Assembly (NCBI RefSeq): GCF_004010195.1
Contig: NC_057727.1
Span: 33,724,803 to 33,788,802 of the forward strand
Origin: Chiloscyllium plagiosum
Taxonomy: Eukaryota
Direction: 5' to 3'
Length of the DNA stretch: 64,000 nt
Positions 37,913 to 50,280 of this stretch are shown here, in pieces (positions within the stretch are counted from its first letter, which is position 1; every line of letters begins with the position of its first letter). The notes beneath the pieces are model-generated. The model was not told the DNA's origin. It saw nothing but the letters and a program-made list of their open reading frames with translations, and ran no database searches. Both the position numbers and the translations under genes were made by a program.

Positions 37913-38864
37913 CTTGTTGTTAAGTCTTTCATTTTTAGAATGGGTTGCGGTTTTGGTTTGTTAATATGTAAATCCCAGAACTACTTCTAAGTCACATTCT
38001 TGACTTAACATAAGGTTTTACTTAAAAACGTGACATCTCACCTCAGACAATGCATTAAAGATGTGAGGCTAGAGTCCACTTTGGAAATAGAACCAGTCTG
38101 ACTCAAGATGGGATATAGACAAACCCTAACCTCACACTTTTAATGCATTGTCTGAGCTGAGATGTCACTTTTTTTATATACAACCATAAGTTATCTTGAG
38201 AACATGACTTAACAACAATCTAGACTTGTTCATTATATCATTTCAGTTGCATGACACTGTAATCTTTTGCTATAAATTCTGTTGTATTATCCTGCTCCAC
38301 AACTATCTGATGAAGGAATGGTGCTCCTAAAGCTAGTACTTCCAAATAAACCTATTGGACTATAACCTGGTGTTGTGTGATTTTTAACTTTGTCCACCCC
38401 TGTCCAACACTGGCTCCTCCACATCGTGGAAAAGGGAGACATTGTCCCATAAAATTTGAATTGAAAAGGCAATTTCGAGCAAAATATTAATTACCTAGAA
38501 GTGTTTTACTAAATCTCTTACTACAAAGGCAGTATAGGTGGTTTTAGTGTGTTGTGTAGGGCAGTGATATATTTCCAACAGACTGACCTGGGTTTGTGAA
38601 ATGTTATGACCTCTAATTTATGCCATTTGGCAATTTGGTCTCATTTGCATTCTTTTATCTAACTCTGACACCATACACTTTAGGGTTGATGTGAAGGTTT
38701 GAGAGAGGGAGCAAAAAGATTTGAAAATTGCTCCAAGTAGGAGGAACCTTTAGGTTTGCTAGTGCCAGTGCATCAAGGTTACTAGAGATGATTGTAATTC
38801 CACAAAAAAATTGCTGGAGTAAACTTTTTAAAATACTGATGTGAGATCCCTTCTCTGCATAGAT

Positions 38865-39240
38865 GGTGGTATTGTAATGTCACTGTAGAAGTATTCCAGG
38901 CGCCCATGCTCATGCCCTGAGGATGTAGCTTTGAATCATTTACCATGGCAGCTGATAGAATTTGAATTCAATTAATAGTTCTGAATTGAATACTAATTTC
39001 TCAACCACGAAACTATCTTCAAAAGCCATAAAAATGTATCTGTAGGAAAGGAAACTAGTCAGCTTTACCTATTTTGCCTAAATGTGACTCTGGATGTGAT
39101 AGTTGACTCAGTTTGTTTGATTCTTAACTTTCATTCTGAATCTTGAAATGGCCCAGCATGTCACTAAGCCAACGGGCAATGAGGAAGAACAACAAATGCT
39201 GGCCTAGCCAGCAACATTCACATCCCGTGAAATAACAATA
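38865..39240 (+). mobile_element. Old SINE family; related copies at ~53220-53595 (+) and ~42150-42313 (-)
   Basis: Shared ...GGAAGGAAA.CT...TGACTCTT.ACTGCCCTCTGAA...GGCAAT...AAATGCTGG.CT.GCCA.CAA sequence. Confidence 0.55.
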
Positions 39241-39556
39241 AAAATCCTCTGAGTAAACTTTCTACTGAAAAGGCTCAAATAGAACTGAATGGAAATGGAC
39301 ATTAGCTTGAAAAAGTGAAAGTGAGGTCTGCAGATACTGGAGATCAGAGTCTAGATTAGAGTGGTGCTGGAAAAGTACAGCAGGTCAGGCAGCATCCGAG
39401 GAGCAGGAAAATCAGCGTTTCGGGCAAAAGCGCTTCTTCAGGAAGCCCTTCATCATTAGCTTGAAAAGACTGATTCTTTTGGTAAGTCACCTGCATTCTA
39501 CCCAGTGAAAGCTTTATTATATCCCCTTAACAAAATGTGATGTTAGACGAGTAGTA

Positions 39557-39800
39557 ATGGAACCAAGTGATAAGAAAGAGGAAAATAAGCAAATTGTATT
39601 AAAGTTACATGGAAAGTTTATTCACACTGCTTGTCAAAGATGCTGGTGTAGTTGTACACCAGGTGGATTCAGAATTAGTGGCAAATGTGAAGTATGTAAA
39701 GTGTATTGGCAATGTGCAATAAGAATGAACATCATAGTCTCAGATATCATAGCTAAAAGTATTTTCAGCAATTGACTTGGTAAAAGGTATCATATGGTAA
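39557..39800 (+). mobile_element. Possible decayed LTR-retrotransposon integrase zinc-binding fragment
   Basis: KQIVLKLHGKFIH ... KCEVCK (HHCC-like spacing). Short and degraded. Confidence 0.3.
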
Positions 39801-42317
39801 TCTGTAGCATGGTGCATATACCTGAGCTGATCAGACTACGAGTTGCTAATTATATTGGGAAATGTGATTCATGCAAAACGAAATCCCTTCAGATTGTTGG
39901 CAAACACAGATTCTAGCAATTAGTCTATGCATGAAATTCCAAACTGCCTTCTGTTCTCATAGTCCTGCTACTGTAAAGGTACTACCCTTTTTCCTAAGTA
40001 TTTGAATATATTATATGCAATAGGGTTGACATTCTAAGCCTGACAGTTTGAAGAAAATTCTGAAAGTTCTGCACTGTATAACACCATCTGGGACAGAATT
40101 TAACTCAAAATATTTGTTGTATTATAAAAGAAAGGATTGTTAAAAATTTAATGCCTTGATAAAGTAATGTTGTGATGGTAAGGTATAATCAAACACGGTA
40201 GTCAACTATTAAGATTAGTTCCTCATTGTTAATTTGAATTAATTACAAAATTGTGGATTCTGTGCAGTTAATAGAAGTAGATGAGACACCCTGTGTCCCA
40301 GACGTTCTTGTATTGTGCTGAAGGTCCTGAAGAATAGGATGTGGTCGTTCAGGAGCTGGATAGCGGTAATTTGAGTGATTGTGACATATGACTGAACTTT
40401 TGCATCAAAAGATCAATTGCCTAGAGTAGATATTCTGGTAACATGTACTCCAGAGGAGTCTAGTTAATGAAGGGATGTGACAATTAGATGTGGTGGGATT
40501 AAGTTATCTATTTTGTGAATGACTCATCTTTTCTGAAAGCTGGCACCCAGCAGTAAAGTTGAGTTGTTTGTGCTTTAATGGAAATAGCATATAATCTTTC
40601 AATGGAAGAGAACATTTTGTATAGCTGAATTTGTGGAAAGAACGTCTATTTTTACCTGGTAAGCAAAAACGTGCATTTGGAGAGAACTAACAGCTTTGTC
40701 ATTTGGTCTACTGGATGATTAAACTGTTCTTAATTTGTTCAAGTATGAAATAACATCTGCATTGAAAATATGCTGTACATAGCATATTGCATTGTGATAT
40801 TGAATGCTATTTGGATTTGATGAGATAATGGGCTAGCACTATTGCAAAATGTAATTTGTATTCTACAGAAACTTATACAAAAATCTGCACAACTCTTGAT
40901 TTTCAAAGTTAAACTGCATACTTGTGTCTAATATAGAAAAGATAAAGGATTGCTATGATGTATTTGCCCTCATCTGTCCAAGGACATTTGTTACAAAACA
41001 AAGTCCAACCTATTTCTTTACACGTTTTGATGTTGCCACTGTATTTTTCCAACTTTCAGATGAGGGAAGTATAGAATTATTTTTCTTACAGAAAGAGAAC
41101 TTGTTGGTGAAACATGATATGTGATAAGATGAAGGGTCACTGGACGTGAAACCTTAACTCTGCTTTCTCTCCATAGATGCTGTCAACCTGCTGAGATTTC
41201 CCACCAATTTATGATTTTGGTTGTGTTCTACATTATAGAATGATTGGTTTCTTAAAAATGTTATTTCTTCAGAATGTTTTTGTCTCCTCAAATTTTATTC
41301 ATCTTTCTATTCATTAGGATTAGCTCCCACCTGACAATGCTGGACAGGTGACCTCCTTCCAAACACTGTTGAATAAATGTTTACCAATGTTTTGAGAATT
41401 ATTGGATGTAAATCTTTTTTTAATCACTGAATATATGAATGTAGCTGATCTGTGTTCAGTTCAAACGAACAGCACGGCAGAACTCAGCTTGGCATGAGGG
41501 AACCATACGTCAGAAGCTATGCTGAAGTACTTTGTTTGAGGATGGATCTTTTTCTAAATAAAAATTAATCAACCCGTTCATACACTCACAACACACATCC
41601 AAGACAGATGGGACTTGTACCCAGATCTTGACTACATTTAAGTAGTGAGTTACCTTCACAGAACTAATTGATAGCAGCTATGGTTTAACTTTTATTGTAA
41701 GACTAACTCAATGACTCTAGAACAGGAAGCAATCATTGACTGCTGTCTTATTCTTTAAATGACAATTCTTTACAAGCAGATTAAATAGGGTAATGACTCT
41801 CCTTATATAAAAAAATGCTCCTGAGATTTGGATGTATTTTTTGTAAAATCTTATTAGTTTAGAGCCACTATGTAATTGTTCACGTCTCCAAGCATTGCTA
41901 AAGTAAGTTGTTCCTGGAGGCAAAAGTTTCCACTTTCCTGTCGAGATGTTGTAATTGGGACCTTCCTTAACATCTTCACTCTGATTCCTCTAATAAGCTC
42001 TAACTTGTAATTCCCCCTTAGGGTTGGAAAGTATAATATCAGTTCCACTCTAACAACCTTTATTACTGTCCTTCCTACATATTCCTTAATTTATTCATAC
42101 CATTTATGTGTCAGCACACATTCCTTTGTGAACCACAGGTCAGGATTTAAGTTATTGGGCTGTGGGTATTGTTGGCAAGACCAGCATTTATTGCACAGCC
42201 CTCTGTATCCCTTAACTGAATGGTTTGCTATGCCATCTCAGGGCAGTTAACAGTCAACCACGTTGAAACTCATAGGCCAGACTTCCTTCCCTGAGGAACA
42301 TGAGTAAACCAGACTGA

Positions 42318-42568
42318 TCCAGTGTATAGCTGAAAATGTGTTGCTGGAACAGCGCAGCAGGTCAGGCAGCATCCAGGGAACAGAAGAATCGATGTTTCGG
42401 GCAGCCCGAAACGTCGATTCTCCTGTTCCCTGGATGCTGCCTGACCTGCTGCGCTGTTCCAGCAACACATTTTCAGCTATACACTGGAATGCCTGAAATG
42501 TCGATACTCCTGCTGTTCAGATGCTGCCTGACCTGCTGTGCCTTTCCAGCACACCACACTCAACTCTG
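42318..42568. mobile_element. PLE pLTR palindrome (85-bp arms) nested in a further pLTR fragment
   Basis: 42318-42488 is self-complementary about 42403. CTGATCCAGTG(T/C)ATA is repeated at 42314 and 42566. Confidence 0.88.
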
Positions 42569-43858
42569 ATCCAGTGCATAACCATAAATGTACTGTCACC
42601 AGTCCTAACCTGCAGGAAATCAATGATAAACTGTACAAATCATTTGCTCTTTTCCTGATAGAGGTTCGTGGCTGACTTAGTAATTCTGTCAGTTGAAAAC
42701 TGAAAGAACAAACACCAAGTTTTATGTCATTGTTGCCATTTTTGATCAAAACAAATCTTCAGAGGGAGGAAAGGATTGCTCATTTTGAACTATGACTATA
42801 GCGTTCATAAATTTGTCTTCTTTTCTGCTCCCTGGGAGTTAGTTAGCCTCCTTGGTACTGATATTCCTTGGCTTTTCTATACTCTACCACTTGACGTTGC
42901 AGCACTCATCGTCAGCAGTTGATATAAGTTTGCTTTGACCATCTCTTCTCCACCTCCAACCTAAATCTGGATATTGCTATTGACTTTCAACCCCAAATAC
43001 CCTATTTGGCAAAGTTCTGTTATCAAGAAAAATTCTGCTTCTCTTTGGATCCAATTTTTCTATTCCTACAAAGTAGTCCAGCAATTCTGTAATAGTATAG
43101 TTCAGCGATAATATCTTGAACAGCCAGCTGCAGATCCTCTAATATTTCAGAAGGCCTGCCAGTAGCTACCTGAATTATGTGCAGCAAAAATTATTTTTAT
43201 TGCAACAAAAACTGCAGCTCAAAGTCATAGCCAGCAGTCTGTGACTGTGACCATGGCTTGTTGTTACCTCATCGACTTGGAATCACTAAGCAACTTCCTT
43301 TCATCTCAAATCTTCATATCTTAAATGTTCCCTAACCATGACCTGTAATCTCGTCTGCACTTGGTTTTGTTTCCATCAACATCACCCTTCCCAGCTGCAA
43401 CAAATTTCTTTCTGCATCTTATCTCGATTTTCAAATCTCTGAATGACTTCATCTCATCCTATCTCATTGATCATCTTCAGCCTTGTGTCCTCACACACTT
43501 CTGTTCCAGATTTTGTTTTGTTGTTTAGTTTACTATTTGTTTCTTGTCTATATTCCAGAATCACTGGGTACTTTATTGTTGTCTATCTTTCTTTCCTCTC
43601 TCAAATCTCCAGATATCATTAGTTGCTTTCTCAATGACCTTCCCTCTATCTTAAGGTCAGGATTAGCATGGTTTGCTAATGAAAATGTTTAGACTTGTTT
43701 TAGACAAGTGACCCTTTCAATATCTGCAGGCAGTTTGGAGCCCTCAAATTTAAGTTGCCCACTTCCCAGTAGGAAAACACCCAATCCACATTTGTTATTG
43801 TCCTATGCACCACAGGTGCAATTGCACTTTTCCTTTAATTCATTCATAGGATATCGTT

Positions 43859-44164
43859 ATTAGATTAGATTAGACAAGACTCCCTACTGTGTAGAAGTAG
43901 GCCCTTCGGCCCAACAAGTCCACACCGACCCTCCGAAGAGTAACCTACCCAGTCCCATTTCCCTCTGACTAATGCACCTAACACTACGGGCAATTTAGTA
44001 TGGCCAATTCACCTGACCTGCACATCTTTGGACTGTGGGAGGAAACCCACGCAGACACTGGCAGAATGTGCAAACTCCATACAGGCAGTCGCCCGAGGCT
44101 AGAATCTAGCCTGGGACCCTGGTGCTGTGAGGCAACAGTGCTAACCACTGAGCCACCGTGCTGC
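43859..44164 (-). mobile_element. HE1-type V-SINE; another antisense copy at 45460-45720
   Basis: (TAGAT)n start, reverse V-domain, reverse A/B boxes. Confidence 0.9.
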
Positions 44165-44526
44165 TCGGGGTTGAGCATTTTTTTGTCCATCCCTAGTTGC
44201 CAATGAGAAGGTGGTAGTGCAGCCTCGAACCACAGTGGTTCAATTTGGTGTAGCTACCCCAAAAATGCTGTTGGGTAGGGAATTTCAGGATTTGTAGTGG
44301 TGTTCTAGATGCCAGTAGGTGTGTGATTGAACATTGTTGTATCATCCATACAGATGATTATTTATTCCAATCTCTGTGTCACAAATAATTCACAAACCGT
44401 GTAGAGTTTAACAAGAGTATATATCCATACTCAGTTTCCTTTGGAAAATGTATTTATTTCAATATGCCTTAGAAATTCATGCCTGTCATTCTAAAGATTA
44501 ATGTTCTTAAAATATTTATTTTGCAG

Positions 44527-44603
44527 TTTGGAGCGGCCTTACCTGTTGATGTATTGAGATATGAAGAAGAAACATTGATAGCTACATTGAGAGTAAGAAG
44601 CAG
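44527..44603 (+). CDS. RPP14: RPP14 coding exon 3 (FGAALPVDVLRYEEETLIATLRVRS/S)
   Basis: ttttgcag acceptor, gtggg donor, 77 nt. Aligns to recalled human VDAALPLDILTYEEKTLSAILRICS. Confidence 0.94.
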
Positions 44604-44895
44604 GTGGGTGTGCATAGTAATGATATAAAGCTACTTTATTGTGATAAATATAACTTAAAAAATCATTGTAGTACTTTTTTATTTGAATAAAGCCTTATTG
44701 AACTCAAAAATGAATAAGTTCCAGATGAAAAACTGGTTTATGGTGCATGACTAGGTCAAGTACTGTTGGCTTCCACTGTCTTCTGCCAGAACCAGACTTT
44801 TCTTTGCAATCATAATGGAAGGGAACAAGAGCTTGCCATTCATTCCTACTGTATCAAACATTTCCTTAAATGACTGTTGGTTCCCCCACTTTTTT

Positions 44896-44896
44896 T

Positions 44897-44933
<37 letters not shown>

Positions 44934-45047
44934 CCATATATATGTGTATATATATACTCTCTCTATTATGTATATCTCTCTCTATTATGTATATCTCTCT
45001 CTATGTGTATATCTCTCTCTATATATTATATCTCTCTCTCTCTATCT
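44896..45047. repeat. Compound (CT)n/(TA)n microsatellite
   Basis: Read directly. Confidence 0.95.
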
Positions 45048-47522
45048 CACCCAATGTGAGAAGCTCATAGATTTCTGTGAAGATACATGCACTCCCTTCT
45101 GTTCACTGAACCCAAGTTGTGGAGGTGCTGCTGTTGGACTGGGGTGGACAAGGTTAGAAATCACACAAGTTATAGCCCAACAGGTTTATTTGGAAGTACT
45201 AACTTTCTAAGTGCTGCTCCTTCATCAAGTAGCTGTGGAGTAGGATCGTAAGGCAGAATTTATAGCAAAAGATTAATGCCATGCAACTGACACAATCTAT
45301 TGAACAAACTTAGATTGCTGTTAAGTCTTTCATCTTTTGGAATGGATTGCAGGTTTCAGTTCATTAATATCTAATTCGAGTTATCTCGAGATTGTGACTT
45401 AAAAGAACTTCTGGGATTAACATATTAATGAAATGAAACCTGCAACCCATTCTAAAAGGTTAGATTCCCTACAGTGTGGAAACAGGCTCTCCGGCCCAAC
45501 AAGTCCACACCGACCCTCCGAAGAGTAACCCACACAGACCAATTTCTCTCTGACAAATGCACCTAACACTATGGACAATTTAACATGGCCAATTCACCTG
45601 ACCTGCACGTCTTTGGACTGTGGGAGGAAACCCACGCAGACACGAGGCGAATGTGCACACTCCACACAGACAGTCACCCGAGGCTGGAGTTGAACCTTTG
45701 GACCCTGGTGCTGTGAGGCCGAAAGACTAAACAGCAATCTACATTTGTTCAATATATCATTTTGGTTGCATGACACTGTAATCGTTTGCTATAAGTTCTG
45801 TATCTTATGATCCTGCTGCACAGGTACCTAATGAAGGAGCAGCGCTCCGAAAGCTGGTACTTGCGAATAAACCTGTTGGACTATAAGCTGGTGTTGTGAT
45901 TTTTAACACTGAATCTCAAGCTCCCTTGTCTTATCTATGAATTGAACTACTTCTGCCATTTCTCTCCTATCGTCTTCCCTTGTGCCCTCTGAGATCAGCT
46001 TTTTCGTAAGACACAGGTCCTACTTTCTTTAGTCCATTAATACTAAGTGACTACATTGAATTACCTTTCCTTGCCAAAAATGCTAACTGGCATTTAAAAA
46101 AATATTGTCTCCTTAGATCTTTTCCTTCATTCTTTCAAAATTGCCATGCCCTCCAGAAGAAGGCAACTTTCACCCCTCTGTCTTTGCAAACTGCAATTAC
46201 ATCTCCACTCTCCCTTTAGTCTCAAATGTTTGAACATAGTGGTCCTTCCCAAATCTATGCTCAATTTTTCTGCAACAGTTTATTTTGATCTCTGTCCAGC
46301 TAACCATCTTTGCCAGATAACTGAAACAATGCTGATCAATGGCAAAACTTACACATTTGTATTGCATTTTATTATCCTTTCATAATCTTTTTCCTAATGT
46401 TGGCAGATTCGTCAATGTCACTAACCTCTAATGAAGTTCCTCTGTTATCCAGCTCAATTGAATGACCTCACTTGGTTCCACAGTTACCTAATTTATCCTG
46501 CTTAGGCTATTGAAAAAATGCATTTTTGGTCACAATTTGTTCATGATTAACAAGCTGCCCCTTATCAATATAATTGTAAGCACACATTAGTTTCCAGGGG
46601 GGCTACATTTAGGACTACATTTCCACCATATCTCTCATGTGTTCTCTCCTCCTTTGTGCTTGACAGGTATCCTGTTTTCTCTTTGGGTTTATCTACAGTT
46701 AAATATTAGGAAAGACTGAAACCATTGTTTTTAGCCTTCAACTCTGTACTGTGAGCCCTATTGTTTGCAATTTTGCCAAGCTGAGCTTTGTTTCATGATC
46801 CTTTCATCACATAAACCATCAGGTTTAAATTTGTAATTTGTTCTGCCTTTGCCTCAGCTTCAACCCATCTGTTACTGGAATACTTTTTCTAAAATGCTTT
46901 CTTGGGCTGTGATGACAATGCAAACATTTATGTCTATATCTTAATTGCCTTTGAGAAGGTGGTGGTAAGCTGTTGCCACACATGTACCTCAAAGTAGTGC
47001 CTCCTGTACATCCACTTGAACATGTGGTGTGAACTCTGTCTGCATTGCTCATACATCTTCCATGTCCTCAATGACCTTACTGGTTCCAGGTCACTAAATA
47101 CTTCAGATTTAAAATTATCTTTATTTAAATTATTTTTACAACTTGACCTTCTCAGTAACATCCTTCACCCATTCTACTTCAAACTCTGTTCCTTTGACTC
47201 TTCTAGTATAGCCCACTTTTTATTTTTTCCACCACATTCCTTCATCATTTGAGCCCTGTGCTGTAGATTCTCTTGTTAAACCTCTCACACTTCGCACCTC
47301 TTTAAGCCCTCCTTGAAGACGTAAGCATTTTTTTTAGAAAAAGAGTTTAAATTGTTGCTCAATCTCTCTTTAGGTTGCATTTTATATTGCTTCATCGGTT
47401 AAGTATTTTGGAATATTAGTTTAAAGTCACTATGTAAATTTTAAATGTTTGAACGAAGAACACTAAAACAAATGTCAATGTCTAACTCTTGCAAGTTTTA
47501 TTAAAAGTATTTCTGTTTACAG

Positions 47523-47601
47523 TGGCCTTGTGAAGCTGTGGAGTGCACTGACCCTGCTGGGATCTTATCAAAATCAGAAGTGTGCTTTCAGAGTGATGCA
47601 G
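47523..47601 (+). CDS. RPP14: RPP14 coding exon 4 (GLVKLWSALTLLGSYQNQKCAFRVMQ)
   Basis: tttacag acceptor, gttata donor, 79 nt. GLVKLWS.LTLLGSY...KCAFRV.Q motif. Confidence 0.96.
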
Positions 47602-48525
47602 GTTATATATTTGTTTATTATAGAAAAAATAATCTTTAAGTTATTCTTTAACCACAAAACATAAAATAGAAAACTGCTGTTCTTCAGCTGTTACCTAGTG
47701 GTTATATTAATAGAGTTGTCATTTCTATCAAAGAAAACACAAACCTGACTTTTACAATGTTGCAAATCACTATGAATCCAAATCACTAAAGTATCCATTC
47801 TTTAATTTTATTCAAATTTTTATTTATTTTAGCAATAATTTAAACTGAAATGTTATTTTTGTTCCTTGGAATTGTACTTTTCATTTCCACCTGCTGTTTT
47901 GTCTATTTCTCTTTTTCATTTATTACTATTCTTTCATTTTCCAACATGTTGAATCCTCAGATTATTTCACTTGAAATTAATTTCAATTCATCCATATTTA
48001 TATTACCTCTTTGTGATTATTGCCTGTATTCCCTTGTCTCTTTGTCTCTCTTCTACTCTGCCTATCCCCTACATATAGCTGTGTTACACTTATAATAGTA
48101 ATGTCTATTTTCCTATTAATCATTTAGACCATTGTACTATAGAGTATAAATTGGTTTCAAGGTTGAGGAAAACTGTAATAGCCCAAATTCTAGTAGAATC
48201 TTGAAATTCACTGAGAACAAGACCAACTGTGAGGTCTGAATTCAGCAGGACAAAGCAGAGGGATCCATTTCGTTGGGATGTTTATTTAATTGGAATGATC
48301 ACTGGAGCAGATCTGGAAGAACGATGTATTGGATATTGATTTTATATTTCTTTCTCCAATTCTGTAGTTGTGGAAAAACCCATCAAAATGTAATATCTCT
48401 TGATGGGAGAAAGGAAACTAATCTTTGTATTTTAGATCTCCAAATGTAGTTAAACAGATTTTAAAACAACTTGATTGTTGTTTTTAATTGGTAATTAATT
48501 GCATTTTTATCTCTTTATTGTATAG

Positions 48526-48582
48526 GTCTCGCCATTTCTTCTTGCACTATCAGGCAACAGTAGAGAATTGGTGTTAAACTGA
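48526..48582 (+). CDS. RPP14: RPP14 last coding exon (VSPFLLALSGNSRELVLN*)
   Basis: ttgtatag acceptor, TGA at 48580-48582. Exon lengths sum to 92+91+77+79+57 = 396 nt = 131 aa + stop. Confidence 0.96.
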   Translation, partial: VSPFLLALSGNSRELVLN

Positions 48583-48626
48583 GGTCATTGACAATTAACA
48601 GGTGTTTAAAGTGACCGCTCTAAAAA

Positions 48627-49145
48627 ATGCAATTTTGTACTCAAAGAGTTATACTTAGTATCTTTCAGAGCCCATTAAAGATGGGTCACTGGCGCACAAG
48701 CAACATGTTGATACCACAAAATGCTTTTCTTCGGACTGTGCATCTTCAGGTTGGCGAAAGAGCTGAACTTACTAAAGCTTTTTCACAGAGTGATGTATTC
48801 ACCTTTTCAGAGTTAACTGGTGATACTAACCCATTACATCTTAATGAAGATTTTGCCAAAGACAACAAGTTTGGAAAGCTAGTTGTTCATGGTGTACTGG
48901 TTTGTGGATTAATGTCTGCCGTTTTGGGAACCAAGGTACCCGGATGTGTTCTTCTATCCCAGGAACTCCGGTTTTTAGCACCCTTGTACATAGGTGAGCA
49001 GGCCTCAGCAATTGCAGATGTTATTAAAATAAGGAGGTCAATAGCTTGGATTGCTGTTTCATGTATTGTCAAAGAAACTAAGAAGGTTATAATGAAGGGG
49101 GAAGTGAAGATCATGTTGCCAGAGAATAGAGATCAAAGTGTATGA
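48627..49145 (+). CDS. HTD2: HTD2, mitochondrial hydroxyacyl-thioester dehydratase type 2 (MaoC/hot-dog fold, mtFAS II), 172 aa, intronless
   Basis: Hydratase-2 motif [13 protein letters not shown] and ...VHGVL. The first 43 aa have no D/E and are R/S/L-rich (presequence-like). Lies directly downstream of the RPP14 stop, as in human. Confidence 0.96.
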   Translation: MQFCTQRVILSIFQSPLKMGHWRTSNMLIPQNAFLRTVHLQVGERAELTKAFSQSDVFTFSELTGDTNPLHLNEDFAKDNKFGKLVVHGVLVCGLMSAVLGTKVPGCVLLSQELRFLAPLYIGEQASAIADVIKIRRSIAWIAVSCIVKETKKVIMKGEVKIMLPENRDQSV

Positions 49146-49207
49146 ATTTATCATTGAAACTGAAAAATAACTTGGAAAAGTTATATTAGCCAATGAATAT
49201 TATTTAA

Positions 49208-49213
49208 AATAAA
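49208..49213 (+). terminator. Candidate RPP14/HTD2 poly(A) signal
   Basis: AATAAA 62 nt after the HTD2 stop, followed by TG-rich sequence. An alternative AATAAA lies at 49675-49680. Confidence 0.55.
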
Positions 49214-49970
49214 TACCAATGATTGTAAATACTGTCTTGTAACTTGTGAAAAATGTGTGGCAACATTTGTTCTTGTATCTGGGATGGCTTTTGTAACTAA
49301 TCCAGGCTAGTAAACACTTAGATTGGCTGTCTCAACATAGTTTTCCATTTTACTTTAATTCTAAGAACAAAGTTAAACTAAAACTTCAAATTTTACAAAC
49401 AGATTACCTCTAACAGAGAATGACTGGGGCAACAATTAGAATATTGAAGATGATGGAGGTCTGATATGAAGTCACACATCAACATGAAGTGGAATTATAT
49501 CACCTCTCCTTCAACATTGCTAAGCAAAGTCCAGAAACACACTGCCAAATAGCACTATAGGTCACCTTCAGCATATGGTGTGCAACGATATAAGAAATTG
49601 GTTCAACTTCAACAGGACATCGGAAGGGCAACTAGAGATGTGCTAATGTTGTAAAGGACACACAATCTTTCAATAATAAAAATATCCCTTAACGTCTTGC
49701 ACTCACCTGGAAATTACAAGAAGTACCAATATACCTACAGGTAGGTTTTGATGCACAGTATCTCAACCTTGCACAATGAAAAATAGCTTGGGCCCTGTTT
49801 TGGAGATTGTTGGTAAGCCAAATCTCTCAGCATGTAGAAGTGCAGGACTTAGTCACCATACAAGCCATTTTTGCACAGTAAATGATACAGTGGCACAACT
49901 AAGATAGAAGTTATGGATTTTTGAGTTTATTCATGCACCAGCCCTTTTCTAAAATTGCTGTATTATTTGT

Positions 49971-50280
49971 GGGCGGCACGGTGGCACAGTGGTTAGCACT
50001 GCTGCCTCACAGCGCCAGAGACCCGGGTTCAATTCCCGCCTCAGGCGACTGACTGTATGGAGTTTGCCCGTTCTCCCCGTGTCTGCGTGGGTTTCCTCCG
50101 GGTGCTCCGGTTTCCTTCCACAGTCCAAAGATGTGCAGGATCAGGTGAATTGGCCATACTAAATTGCCCGTAGTGTTAGGTAAGGGGTAAATGTAGGGGT
50201 ATGGGTGGGTTTCGCTTCGGCGGGTCGGTGTGGACTTGTTGGGCCGAAGGGCCTGTTTCCACACTGTAATCTAATCTAAT
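49971..50280 (+). mobile_element. Full-length HE1-type V-SINE
   Basis: GGGCGGCACGGTGGCACAGTGG A-box, GGGTTCAATTCCC B-box, V-domain, (AATCT)n tail. CpGs are retained, so likely young. Confidence 0.93.

Noticed and set aside
39280-39487. Strong donor-like GGTAAGT in RPP14 intron 2
   Set aside because: No convincing acceptor or open frame upstream; it sits beside a PLE fragment with its own flanking repeat (CATTAGCTTGAAAA).
40625-40658. AG...GTAAGC-bounded 34-nt segment (EFVER...) as RPP14 exon 2
   Set aside because: Wrong phase and length; the true exon 2 is at 36862-36952.
44815-45210. Y/I/S/L-rich ORFs
   Set aside because: Translations of a CT/TA microsatellite.
49971-50045. A-box/B-box sequence as a tRNA gene
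   Set aside because: Continues into a V-domain and CR1-like tail and recurs many times; it is a SINE head.
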